Shown here piece by piece: positions 38,476 through 50,759 of a stretch of 64,000 bases of DNA (its first letter is position 1; the number at the start of each line of letters is the position of its first letter). The stretch comes from Mobula hypostoma. Taxonomy: Eukaryota. Below the pieces are notes generated by a model. It was not told the origin of the DNA and ran no database searches. It saw only the letters and a list, made by a program, of their open reading frames with translations. The stretch lies in contig NC_086108.1 of NCBI RefSeq assembly GCF_963921235.1, positions 42,038,001 through 42,102,000 on the forward strand, written 5' to 3'. The translations under genes were made by a program, and so were the position numbers.

Positions 38476-38689
38476 CTAAGCAGAAAAATAGAAAGTACAG
38501 TGAGATAAAATACTTCATATTGCCACATTAGCAACAGAATAAAAATTCTATGAACCTCTTTTCAGTACAAGTGCACACAAACACAGAACTGAATGTTAGA
38601 AACTATTACTTAAGGAGCACAAATTATAGCTAGTACCAAGACTTTAGGACTTTATTCCCTAAAGCATAGGAGAATGAGGGGAGATTTGA

Positions 38690-39775
38690 TCAGCAAATGC
38701 CATCTCATTGGCTCTTCGCACAACTCTGGAACATCTGGACAGCAAAGATGCATATATCAGAATCCTTTATTGATTACAACTTAGCATTTAATACCACCAT
38801 CCCCTCAAAACAAATCAGTAAACTCCAAGACCCAGGCCTCAATACCCCCTTGTGCAATTTGATACTGGATTTCCTCACTTGCCGACCCGAGTCAGTTTGG
38901 ATTGGCAAAAACATCTCCTCCACAATCTCTATCAACACATATCTGCTTAGCCCCCTATTCTACTCACTTTACACCTATGACTGTGTGGCTAAGTTTAGTT
39001 CCAACATCATATTCAAGTTTGCCAATGACACACTGTTGTGGTGATGAATCAGCATACAGGAGGGAGATTGATAATTTGGCTGAGTAGTGTCATAACAATA
39101 ACCTCTCAATGTTAGCAAGACCAAGGACCTAATTGCAGACTTCAGGAGAGGGAAACCAGAGGTCCATAAGCCAGTACTCATCAGAGGACCAGAGGTATAG
39201 GGGGTCAGTAGTTTTAAATTCTTGGGTGTCACTATCTCAGAGGACCTGTCCTGGACCCATCATATAAAGGTAATTGCAAAGACAGCACCTCTACTTCCTT
39301 AGAAGTCTTCAGAGGTTCAGCATGTCATCAAAAACCTCGACAAACTTCTGTAGATGTGTAGTGGAAAGCGTATTGACTGGCTGCATTAAGGCCTAGTATG
39401 GGTACACCAACGCCTTTGAGCAGAAAATCCTAGAATAGGTGGTGGATGTTGTACATCATGGGTAAAGCCCTCCCAACCATTGAGAACATGTACATTAAAC
39501 ACTGTTGTAGAAAAGCAGCATCTGACATAAAAGACCCTCACCACCCAGGCCATGCTCTTTCTCGCTGCTACCATCAGGAAGAAGGTACCAGTGCCTTAGG
39601 ACTCACACCATCAGGTTCAAAGCCTCAACCAACAGGCTTTTGAAAAAAAAGAGGATAATTACACTCAACTTTTGAGATATTCACACAAACCAATGATCTC
39701 ACTTTAAGGACTCAATCTTGTTATTTCATGCTCTCATTATTTATTGCTATTTCTTTATATTTGCACAGTTGTGTT
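38690..39775 (+). mobile_element. Rex1/Babar-type LINE RT fragment inserted into a CR1 3' fragment
   Basis: [21 protein letters not shown]...[15 protein letters not shown]...ILDFLTCRP...[13 protein letters not shown]...KFAND motifs. CR1 sequence resumes at ~39776-40035. Confidence 0.8.
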
Positions 39776-40928
39776 AAGTTTGAAAGGTGAAATGTTTAAG
39801 GGGAACATCTTCATTCAGAGGGTGGTGAGAGCGTGGAGTGAGCTGCCAGCGGATGTGATGGTTGTGAGTTTGATTTCAACATTTAAGAGAAATTCGTATA
39901 GGTACAGTACATAGATGGGAGGGTAATGGATGGCTATGGTCCAGGTGCAGGTCAATGGGACTCAGCAAAATTATAGTTTGGCATGAACATGGTGGGCTGA
40001 AGGGCTGTTTCTGTGCTATAGTTTTCTATGACTCTATAACCAATGTAAATATTTCAGTTTTATGACATTTTCATTATTTAGAAAAAATAACATTCAATGA
40101 CATCAAGCATTGCAAAGCATTCCCTAAAGTTTGTTTGACTCTATTACTTTTAGTAAATATAGCAATCAACTTCAAGAAAACAAATGGAATGAGATAAACA
40201 AAGTATGCCATTTTTTGTAGTACTAAATGTAGGAATACTCAGAAAATTATCAAAAATTTTTCAACATCTCAAAAAGAATTTTGTTTCCTTGATCAAACAA
40301 AGCAGCAAACATTCAGAAAATGTTAGAATGACATGGAAGCTCCAAACAAAGGGTCAAAAACTGAACATCTTGCGGCAAGTAACTTGTCTCCCAATAGTCA
40401 AAGTTTTTCTATCATTTACAAGGCACAAGTCAGGAGCATGATGAAATCCTTTTAACTTAGCTGGGTACAACTCCTAAACTACTGAAAATCCTCGGTACCA
40501 TCCAGGACAAAGCATGTCTGGCACCTTGTCCACCATCCAAAGCATTCATCTCCTGACCAAAGGCTTCTGTGTTTGGCAAAAAAAAATACATTGTGATTGC
40601 TAGTCTTTCAGCAGCTCCCAAAATCAAGATCTGTGCCAATGAGAAGGAAAGGGACAATCGATTTGGAAACATATTGCTGCGCTGAGACTGCCAGTTGTCC
40701 ATATTGTGGAACTCCTTTCCTAGCATTGGTTCAAGGTGGTGGCCTACCACCACCTTCCCAGAGAACTCATAGATAGACAAATTCTGCTGTTAAAGAAATG
40801 GAGGCATCGCAGAAAAATGGGTAATAGAGCAAAAAAATCATCTAGGAAATATGGTATTTTCTAATGATTTCTCACTGTCACAAACAATGCAGTTATCTAA
40901 ATTGCTGGCAGTAAATGGTTATAAATAT

Positions 40929-41388
40929 TAAGTGCCAACTGTAAGAGAAGTTGAACTCCTTCAAAAAGGCAGCTTCAATCATTCCATAGTTGCTTCATGG
41001 GAATACAGCCGAATGGCTAGAAAAGAGAAAAGTTCATTTCCAACAAACACTAGAAGTTAACAAAGGAAATTCTTCACATTTCACAACTTGCTCTTCTTTC
41101 AGTTACTTTTTTGTTCTCCATACCAAACCTTACAATGTGGTTGTTTTATATGGCACATTACTACGTTCCTCAAGATTAGATATCCAGAGATTCACTAACC
41201 TGGAAACAACATTCCAACCAGGCTACAAAACTTACATAAAAATTAACAACCAGTTTTCAAGACACAATTTTAATAAAAGTTATGACAGTGCCTTAACAAT
41301 GTAACAAAATAGATACATAATAATGTAGGTACAGAATACTTAAAGTTATCTTTTGAAGGAATTCAACTTCTTTTACAGTTGGCACTTA
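40929..41388. repeat. ~50-bp inverted repeat pair (40929-40978 / 41340-41388) with a ~360-nt spacer
   Basis: taagtgccaactgtaagagaagttgaactccttcaaaa versus reverse complement taagtgccaactgtaaaagaagttgaattccttcaaaa. Confidence 0.85.
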
Positions 41389-41963
41389 TTCTGTGGACTG
41401 ACCTTTATGCCCAGTTTGAAACTTGTAGCAATAACAAATGTAACAAGTAACATTTATTTATCATCAAATAACTAAAAATCAATATTTTGCTATTAACACC
41501 AAGATAATGAGACAAGTAATCAGGAGCTGGTGTTGCAAAAAGAAACAAAAGCAAACTGAAATTTATTCTGAGAAAAGTAAAACTTATGCAGCAACATGCA
41601 TTACTAGAGGCACCAACAACTGCTTTGTAACTTGTAGCATGAGGACACATATCTGCAATGTTAACCATATCTTTAAAATGTTCAACTAAAAGCTAATACA
41701 CTGTTAAGAACACCACAGACCAGTGTCACAGAGGGAATCATTCAATTATCATGACTTGAGAAGAAATAGTATTCAAATATAGATTAGAGATTCACAGGAT
41801 AAACATTGAATGTAATTTGATAGCATTAGTGTAATATCTACATTGTATGATTCTTTTTTTTCACTTACAAGATTAAACCACAATATTTTTTAATTGGTAT
41901 CCTACTGAAAGGTTTATACAAGAAGCAATGCTAAAGAATTTAACAATCTGCAAATTTGTTATA

Positions 41964-42786
41964 CAGGTGCACATTCCTTTATCCGAAATTCTGAAATCCA
42001 AAAAGCTCCGTAAACCAAAGTTTTTTTTTCCTAACAGCTGACGTCACTCAGTTGTGATGTGACAGCACTAGCAGAGGCCGCCAGACATCAGTTGTGGCTC
42101 AGTGCTCGTACTGGTTACACGTGCATTTGCTGTTCGCTGATATTTTGCATTCACTGTTGACTTTGTGTTTAATTTCACTGTGAAAATGTCAAAAACTGCA
42201 GATACCCCTATGGGTAACAATGAGAAAAAGAGAAGGAAGCATCTATCATTATCCATAACGCAGAAAGTGGAGTTATTGCAGAAGCTTGAACGTGGTGTGT
42301 CTGTGCGGCGCCTTGCTGAAGAAAATAGTGTCAGAACTACCACTGTACATGATTTAAATAAATAGAAAGACAAGTTACTGAAGTTTTACAGTGACAGTGA
42401 CATTCTACATTTATTCCAATAAGTCATTTACCATGTGTTTGATTTGGTTCGTTTGAAGCTGTATATTTTTATGTTTTATTGAATGTTTTTGTTGGAAATA
42501 AAATTTTTTCTTGTCATTATTCCCTAAACAATACAGTATAACAACTATTTACATAGCATTTACATTGTATTAGGTATTATAAGTAACCTAGAGATGATTT
42601 AAAGTATACGGGAGGATGTGTGCAGATTTGGTGTGCTGCTGGGTCCTAAAGTCCACCACACATTAAATAAGGGACTTGGGCATATGTGTTTTTTGGTAGC
42701 GGGGGGGGGGGGTCTGAAATCTGAAAAATTCTGAATTCTGAAATGCAACTGGCCCCAAGGATTTCGGATAAGAGATTGTGGACCTG
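41964..42786 (+). mobile_element. Tigger/pogo-family internally deleted DNA transposon
   Basis: TA TSDs; TIRs caggtgcacattcctttatccgaaat / atttcggataagagattgtggacctg. CENP-B-type HTH N-terminus MSKTADTPMGNNEKKRRKHLSLSITQKVELLQKLERGVSVRRLAEE, then a stop. Confidence 0.9.
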
Positions 42787-43134
42787 TACAACAAACTTTG
42801 TAGCAACTTCATGAGATTACACATTTTAAAATTAATTTAAAAGAAACTACCATGGATGTGTTAGAATAATATTTAATTTGTTTACAGACAACAGTCAAAC
42901 ATAATGGAACATGTCATTACAGCACCAATGACTGGAAGAGAAATTCAAATGGAGCAGGGTTGATTGAAAAAGAAAGTGGCTTGTATTAAAGGCTACGATT
43001 CATTAATGTAAACAATAAACTGAATCTTGCCTTTCATTGATCTATTCCTGCATATGTAAATATCAATTCAAAACAACTAAACTTTTCAAATTAATTCTGA
43101 ATTGTATGAAAAGCACATTTCAAAAACTACACAC

Positions 43135-43229
43135 CGTCTTTTAGAGAAAGAGGAAGAGAGCGTCAAATCCGTTTCCCAGTCATCATTGGGATCATAAAAT
43201 ATGTCTTCCTCTCCAGAATGCCTAGAACC
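43135..43229 (-). CDS. KIF14: KIF14 coding exon: GSRHSGEEDIFYDPNDDWETDLTLSSSFSKR(R)
   Basis: ttcccaacag acceptor and gtgtgt donor; 95 nt, phase 0 to 2. Resembles KIF14 GEDAFCDPEDEWEPDIT...SRRR. Confidence 0.9.
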
Positions 43230-43409
43230 CTGTTGGGAAGAATAACCAGAATGGCTCTCAATTTCAAGCAGTGGATAATAACACAAAACATAATGTCACC
43301 TCGCTTTTTAATTCAGGATGTTGATCAGTAGGTCACAGAAAGGTATAGAAGAGAGTTATATTCAAATATTGAGCTTTAAAATCAAGTATATTTCAAGTAT
43401 AAAAACCGT

Positions 43410-45360
43410 TACTATGACAAATGGGATAGCACCACCAGACAAATCTTCGCCTCTCTCTGCTTTCCCCAAGAACTACACTCTCTGTGACTTCCTGATGTTC
43501 TCCCATACACCCCTCCCCATCCCTGGCACTTTCCCCTGCAAACATAGGAGATGAAACACATGTTAAAGAGACCTTCCATTAGAGGTACAGATTCACTTGT
43601 ACAATACCTTCCCCAACCTAATCCATTACAAATGGTGTTCATGATGTGGCCTCCTCTGCATTGGCGAAACCTGGAGTAGATGAGGCAACCATTTTGCAGA
43701 GTACCTGAGCTCTGTCACTATGAAAATCTGGGGTTCCAGATGCATGTCATGTGAACACCCCTTCCCATCCCCTAACCAACTCCTCTATCCTCAGTCTTCT
43801 CCACTGCCATGGTGAGGCCAAATGTGAACTAGAAGAAATGCACCTTATATTTCAATTTTCCAGTTTTGGGCAAGCCATTCTGCCATGTGCCCTTCCCATA
43901 CCCACCAGTTCACTATCACTCTCTCTCCTTGTTCATCTTTTCCACTCCTTCTGTCCCAACTTGCCTTAACAAAACTCATCATCCTTAAGTTGTTCTACCT
44001 GCCCATTACTAACACACCTGGGTTTTTCTCCCTTAGTTCACCTCTCCAGACTGCTTCTATTCATCCCTCAACCCTCCTATTTCTGGTTTTATCTACCAAC
44101 CTCTATTCATTCCAGAAGAACTGAGAAGTCCTCCTTCTTCAAAGAAAGGGGCTTCCCTTCCTCCACCATCATCAATGCTGCCCTCACCTGTATCTCTTCC
44201 ATCTCACGCACATCTGCCCTCAGCCCATTTTCCCACCACCACAGCAGGGATAGGGTTCCTCTTGTCCTCACCTACCACCCCAATAGCCTCCACATCCAGC
44301 ACATAATTCTCCACAACTTCTGCCATCTCCAATGAGATTCCACCACTAAGCACACCTTTCCCTCCCCCCATTTTCTACTTTCTGCAGGGATCACTTCCTT
44401 CCCATTGATCTCACTCCTTGTAAATGGAACAATTGCCAACACCTGCCCCTATACCTCCTCTCCCTCACTTCCATTCAGGGCACCAAACAGTCCTTCCAAG
44501 TGAGGCAACACTTCACCTGCAAGTCTGTTAAGAGTCATTTACTGTGCAGCCTCCTGTATAATTGGTGGAACCAGACGTAGATTGGGAGACCGCTTTGTTG
44601 AGCACCTTTGCTCCATCCACCACAAAAAGCAGTATTTCCCAGTGGCTACCCATTTCAATTCTACTTCCCATTCCTATTCTGACACATCAGTCCATGGCCT
44701 CCTCTACTGTCACAATGAGGCCACACTCAGGCTGGAGGAGCAAAACCTTGGATTCTGTCTGATTAGCCTCCAACCTGATAGCATGAATATCGTTTTCCTG
44801 AGTTTCCGGTAATTGTCCCTCCCCCGTTCACCATTCCCCATTTCTATTTCCCTCTCTCATCTTACTTCCTTACCTGCCCATCATCTCCCTCTGGTGCTTC
44901 TCCATTTTCCCTTTCTTCCATGATCTTCTGTCTTCTCCTAACAGATTCCTGCATCTCCAGCCCTGTATATCTTTCACCAATCAACTTCCCAACTCTTTAC
45001 TTACCACCTTCTCCTCCTCAGTTTCACCTACTAGCTGCCCCCTTGTACTACTCCCTCCTCTCCCTGCACCTTCTCGTCTGACTCCTTTCCCCTGCTTTTC
45101 CAGTCTTGATAAGGCGCTCAGCCCAAAACGTTGACTGTTTAGTTCTTGTCATAGAGACTGCCTGGCCTGCTGAGTTCCTCCAGCATTTTGTATGTTGCTT
45201 TGGCTTTCCTCATGAATCTGCAGATTTTCTCATGTATGTGACCCTCTATCTCCATCCTTCTCCAACTGACTCCATCTGCCAATTTTTTTTATGTTTCTAC
45301 CCATCACCTACCAGCCTCTGACTCTGTACTTCCCTTCTCCCACTTGTCTCCGTCTGCCTG
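43410..45360 (+). mobile_element. Two nested Penelope-like element remnants (older ~43410-44120 plus 45240-45360; younger ~44130-45235)
   Basis: ORF 44582 reads GDRFVEHLCSIHHKKQYFPVATHFNS...HGLLYCHNEATLRLEEQ...LQPDSMNI (GIY-YIG). Degenerate hammerhead cagtcttgataaggcgctcagcccaaaacgttgactg at ~45101-45137. Confidence 0.78.
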
Positions 45361-45361
45361 T

Positions 45362-48300
45362 TATAAGACCATAAGACATATGCAGAAATATGCCACTCAG
45401 TTCATCAAGCCTGTTCTGCCATTCCACCATTGCTGCTTTAATATCCCTCTCAACCTCATTCTCATGCCTTCTCCCCGTAACACTTGACGCCCTAACTAAG
45501 GAACTATCAACCTCTTCTATAAATATACTCAAAGACTTGGTCTCCACAGCCATCTTTGGCAATGAATTCTGCAGATTCTCCACCCTCTTGCTAAAGAAAT
45601 TCCTTCTCACCTCTGTTCTAAATGGGTGTCCCTCTATTCTGAGGCTGTGTCCTTTAGTCCTAAACTCACCTACTACAGGAAAGATCCTCTCTACATCTGC
45701 GCTGCCTAGGCCTTTCAATATTAAATAGGTTTCAACTCCAGCAAGTCCACCCTAGAGCCATCAAACTCTCCTCATACATTAACCATTCTCTCCCATGCTA
45801 GTACATCTTCTCATAGATAAGGAGCCCAAAACTGCTCACAGTACTCCAAGTGCGGTCTGACCAATACCTTATAAAGCCTCAGTATTACATCCTTGCTCTT
45901 ATATTCTAGTCTTCTCAAAATGAATGCTAACATTGCATTTGCCTTCACTTGCACTGACTCAACTTGCAAGCTAACTTTAGGAAATCCTGCACAAGGACTC
46001 CCAAGTCTCTTTGCACCCCATTTAGAAAACAGTCTACACCTTTATTCCTTCTACAAAAATGCATGACCATACACTTTCCTACACTATGTTCCATCCGCCA
46101 CTTCTTTGACTGTACTCCCAATCTGTCTAAGTCCTTCTGCAGACCCCCTGCTTCCTCATCGCTACCTGCCCCACCACCTATCTTGATATTATCCCCTCAA
46201 TTCTGTCATGCAAATCACTAACACATAATGTGAAAAGAAGCGTTTCCAATACCGACCTTTGTAGAACTTGTCATAGAGGCCAACCAGAGTAGGTCCCCTT
46301 TATTCTGACTCTTGGCCTCCTGCCAATTGACCAATCTTCTATATATGCTAGTATCTATCCTGTTATACCACGGGCTCTCATCTTGTTAACCAGCCTCATC
46401 TGCAGCATTTTGTCAAAAGCATTCTGAAAAATCCAAGGAAACATCATCTATGGACTCTCCTTTGTCTATCTTGCCTGGTATTTCCTCAAAGAACAGATTT
46501 GTCAGGCAAGATTTCCCCTTAAAGAAACCATGTTGATTTTGGCCTATTTTATCACGTGCCTCCAGGTACCCTGAAACCTCATCTTTAATAATGGACTCCA
46601 ACATTTTACCAACCACAGAAGTCAGGCTAATTGGCTTCTAATTTCCCTTCTGTCCCACCTCCATCCATAAGGCGTGGAGTGACATTTGCAATTCTCCAGT
46701 CTTTTAGAACCATTCTAGAATCCAGTGGTTCTTGAAAAATCATTACATATATCTCCACAATCTCTTCAGCTACCTCTTTCAGAACCCTGGAGTGTAGTTC
46801 ATTTGGTCCAGGTGACTTATCTACCTTCAGACCTTTCAGATTCCCAAGCACCTTCTCCTTAGTAACAGCAACTACACTTACTTCTGCACCTTGCCATTTG
46901 TGAATTTCTGGCATACTCTTAGTGTCTTCCACAGTGAAGACTGACACAACATACTTGTTAAACTGACCGCCATTTCTTATTACTACCTCTCCAGCATCAA
47001 TTTCCAGCAGTCCAATGTCCAGTCTTGCCTCTCTTTTACTCTTTATATATCTGAAAAAACTTTCGGTGTCCTCTTTGATATTTTTTGGCTAACTCACCTT
47101 CATATTTGATCTTCACTCTCCTTGAGGCTTCTAGGTGCCTTCTATTGCTTTGTAAAAGCTTTTTAATCCTTTAACTTCACTCTATTTTCTCCCTCTCAAA
47201 GTGCAGGGCAAATTCTATCATATTATGATAACTGTCTTCCAATGATTCCTTTCACTTAAGCTCCCTAATCGCATCTAGTTCATTAAACAACACCCAATCT
47301 AGAAATGCCTTTCCTGTAGTGGACTCAACCACTTGTTCTTTAAAAGGCACCTCATAGGCATTCTACAATTTCCCTCTCTTGGGATCCAGCGCCAACCTGA
47401 TTTTCCCAATCTACCTGTATATTGAAATCTCCTATGAATATCATAACATTGTCTGTTTTACATGCCACATTCTGGCTACTGTTCGGAGGCTTGTACATAA
47501 CTCCCATCAGGGTCTTTTTACCCTTGCAGTTTCTTAACTGTACCCATAAGGATTCTACATCTTCCCATCCTTTGTCATTTCTAAGGATTTGATTTCATTT
47601 TTTAAATCAACAGAGCCAACCCACCCTCTCTGCCTACCTACCTGCCTTTTCCATACAAGGTGTATCCTTGCATGTTAAGCTCCCAACAATAATCTTCTTT
47701 CAACTACGTCTCAGTGATGCCCAGAACATCATACCTGACAATCTCTACTGTGCCACAAGATCTTTATTCATTACAATGTGTGCAGTCAAATTTAACACCT
47801 ACTTTCCTGTATTGATAACCCTTTTTACTGTATTCATAACTCATGTTACCCGTCATCTCATCCAATGACTGCAATTTTGCCCTATTATCTACCTGTCCAT
47901 CCTCAGAGTCCCACTGCACACTGCATTGACTTATAAACCAATTGCTCCATCCTCAATCCTATCACTCCAGTTCCAATCCCCCTGCCAACTTTGTTTAAAC
48001 CCTCCCCAACAGTTCTAGCAAACCTGCTTGCAAGGATATTGGTCCCCCTTGGGTTCAGGTGTAACCCATTCTTATTGCACAGGTCATACATTCCCACAAA
48101 GTGCTTCCAATGATCCAAAATTCTGAAACTCTGCCCCCCTGCACCAGTTCATCAGCCACTCATTCACCTATACCATCATCCTTTTCCTTCCCTGACTAGC
48201 ATGTGGCAACTAGGAGTAATCCAGAGATTTCTAACTTAGAGGACTCGCTCTTCAGCCTCTTCCCCAGTTCCTATATTCACTGCACACAATGTCTTGCTCT

Positions 48301-49660
48301 CTTTCTACCCATGGCATGGGTCCCAGTCTGCACCGCAATCTCTGGCTGCTCACCCTTCCTCTTGAGAACCTTCTGCAGCCGGTTTGAAGCATCCTGTACG
48401 CTAATACTTGGGAGGCAAAACAACATCCTGGCTTCTTTTTCATGACCACAGAATATCCCTAACTCTGCACTACAGAGTTGAGTAGTTTCAAGTTCCTCGG
48501 TATCACCTCAGACAGCTGAAGTTTGGCATGAGTTCCCAAATCCTCAGGACTTTCTACAGGGCACCATCAAGAACATCCTCACTGGCTGTGCCACCACCTG
48601 GCATGGAAACTGTACTACTTCAATCGCAGGGCAGTGCAGAAAGTGGTGTGGGCAGCACACAACATCTGTGGATGTGAACTGTAGTCTGTTTAGGACATTT
48701 ACAGAAGCAGGTGCTTAAAAAGCACCCAGAGGATCATCAGGGACTCCAGCCACCCCAACCACAAACTGTTTCAGCTGCTTCCATCTGGCAAGTGGTACCA
48801 CAGCATTAAGGCCTGGACCAACAGGCTTCAGGACAGCTTCTTTCACCAGGCCATCAGATTGATCAATACACATTGATCTGATTGCATATCTGACTGCACA
48901 TACACATATACGAAACATTTATATATACACAATCTTAGTGTTTGTGCAATATCCTTCCACATTTCCCTTCCTTATTGCTTGCAACATAAAGATTTTTACT
49001 CCCTCATATTGTGGGATGGACATAAGAGACAACAATTCTAATTCTATTGAGTCTCCTGTTACTACTGCTCTGCCTGACTTTACCCTCTCCTGCTGAGCCT
49101 CAGAACCGGCCATAGTGCCACTGGCCTGCCTGCTGCTGTCTCTAACAGGTCATTCCTCCCACCCCCAGCAGCATCCAAAGGGGTATGCTTGCTGCTGAGG
49201 GGAATGCCACATGGGAACCCTACACAGACTGTGTACTTCCCTTATTTCTCCTGGTGGTCACCCACCTACTATCTGAAGCTTGCACTCTGGGTGTGAACTT
49301 CGGTAAAAGACTCAACCTTCTGGATGCTCATGAGCACATCCAGCTCCAGCTCCTTGACTTTTGTCAGTCAGGCGCTGAAGTTGGGTGCATTTCCTACAAA
49401 TGTAGTCATCAGTGACACCGAGGTATGCTGAAATCCCACATCTCACAAGAGCAGCATTCCACTACCTACATCTTGCTTACACTTGTCATGCCTCTAACTT
49501 CTCATGCTTAAGTTATAGCTTACAGCTGTTCTCGCCAAGCCTGTTGAGCCAAAGCCTGACCACTTTAACAGAATCCACTCACAGAATAGGCACTCCGCTC
49601 AAACCACACTTCTTTTTATTGGCCCTTGCTAATTAACCTTAGTTACAATTAATTCCAGCA
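45362..49660 (-). mobile_element. Near full-length decayed CR1 LINE with a Rex/Babar-like 3' fragment inserted at ~48470-49045
   Basis: 3' tail (cttatggt)n at 45362; RT fragments (ORFs 45308, 46413, 46627); ORF1 esterase remnants (GLHLNPRGTNILASRF, RAVVTGDSI). Confidence 0.85.
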
Positions 49661-50759
49661 ATCCCCCACTCCACAGACAAGTCTCAACAGACCCTGCCTG
49701 ATTTTTTAAAAATCATCCTGCCCCACTCCCCCACAACTTGCTTCACCCGTCACCTATCAACCTCCAACTGACCCTTCCCTCTCACTTCTGTGTGCTGTCG
49801 ATCTTCCATCCACACTCCAGTCACAATTTAGGGTCTCGAACTCTTGATCATCTCTTTGTTCCCACAGATGCTGCTTGACCCACTGAGTTCTTCTAGCAGT
49901 TCATGTTTTGCTGAGGCCATGAAAGGCCAGAAAAATTACCCAGGGTAGGCAAATACAAGTGGGCAGGCAGTGAGACTGGCAGTTCTAGGAAGCATGTCAG
50001 ATCCAGCGCAATAACACAAATGAGGTCACTCGTCACAAGCTGCTTGTGTGAACATCAAAAACCCAGATCTTCAAAAAAACTCCATGTTTGTAATGGTCCA
50101 ACATTACAAACTCTCAAGTTTCTCAGTTCAAATATAATACACTAAGTGATGTTAATCAGTTATTAAAAAATGCTCATAATAAATCAACCAGTCTTAAAAC
50201 AATGTAATGCTAATTGCCATCCTTTTCACACTTAATTTTTTTCAAACTGGGTAAAGAAGAAGTCTGTCTCTGCAGTTGGTGCAAATCTGTAAGGAAATAT
50301 CATTACGTACACATTAAATTCAGCAGCCCAGTAAGTATGCACATTTATTTTACCCTCCTCTTTTTAAAAAGGAGTCTCAAGAAAGGAATAAAACATGAAG
50401 AAAATTAGAGAATTTACCGCTATATTATAAATTGTCAAGAAATAGAGCTTCAAAAGCAGAAACTATTTTTACTTATTATTTTTAAAGTCACAAAATACTG
50501 CCAAGTTCTTCTGCAAAGCTTAAGACATACTTTGCACACTGCAAGATGTTTGAGCATGTCCAAAATCTTAAAAGAGGTATTTAAAAATCCTCAGTATTCA
50601 ATCAAACATTAAACTTCAGTCAGAAGAGATAGAGTTGGATACAAGATTGAGGCCCAAACTAATAGTTAATAACATTTAGATTTGTTTTATCAAAACTTCC
50701 CCAGATTCCTTTTTTATTGGTCATGAATTGTCTATGCTGGGCACAGGGATACCATTTAA

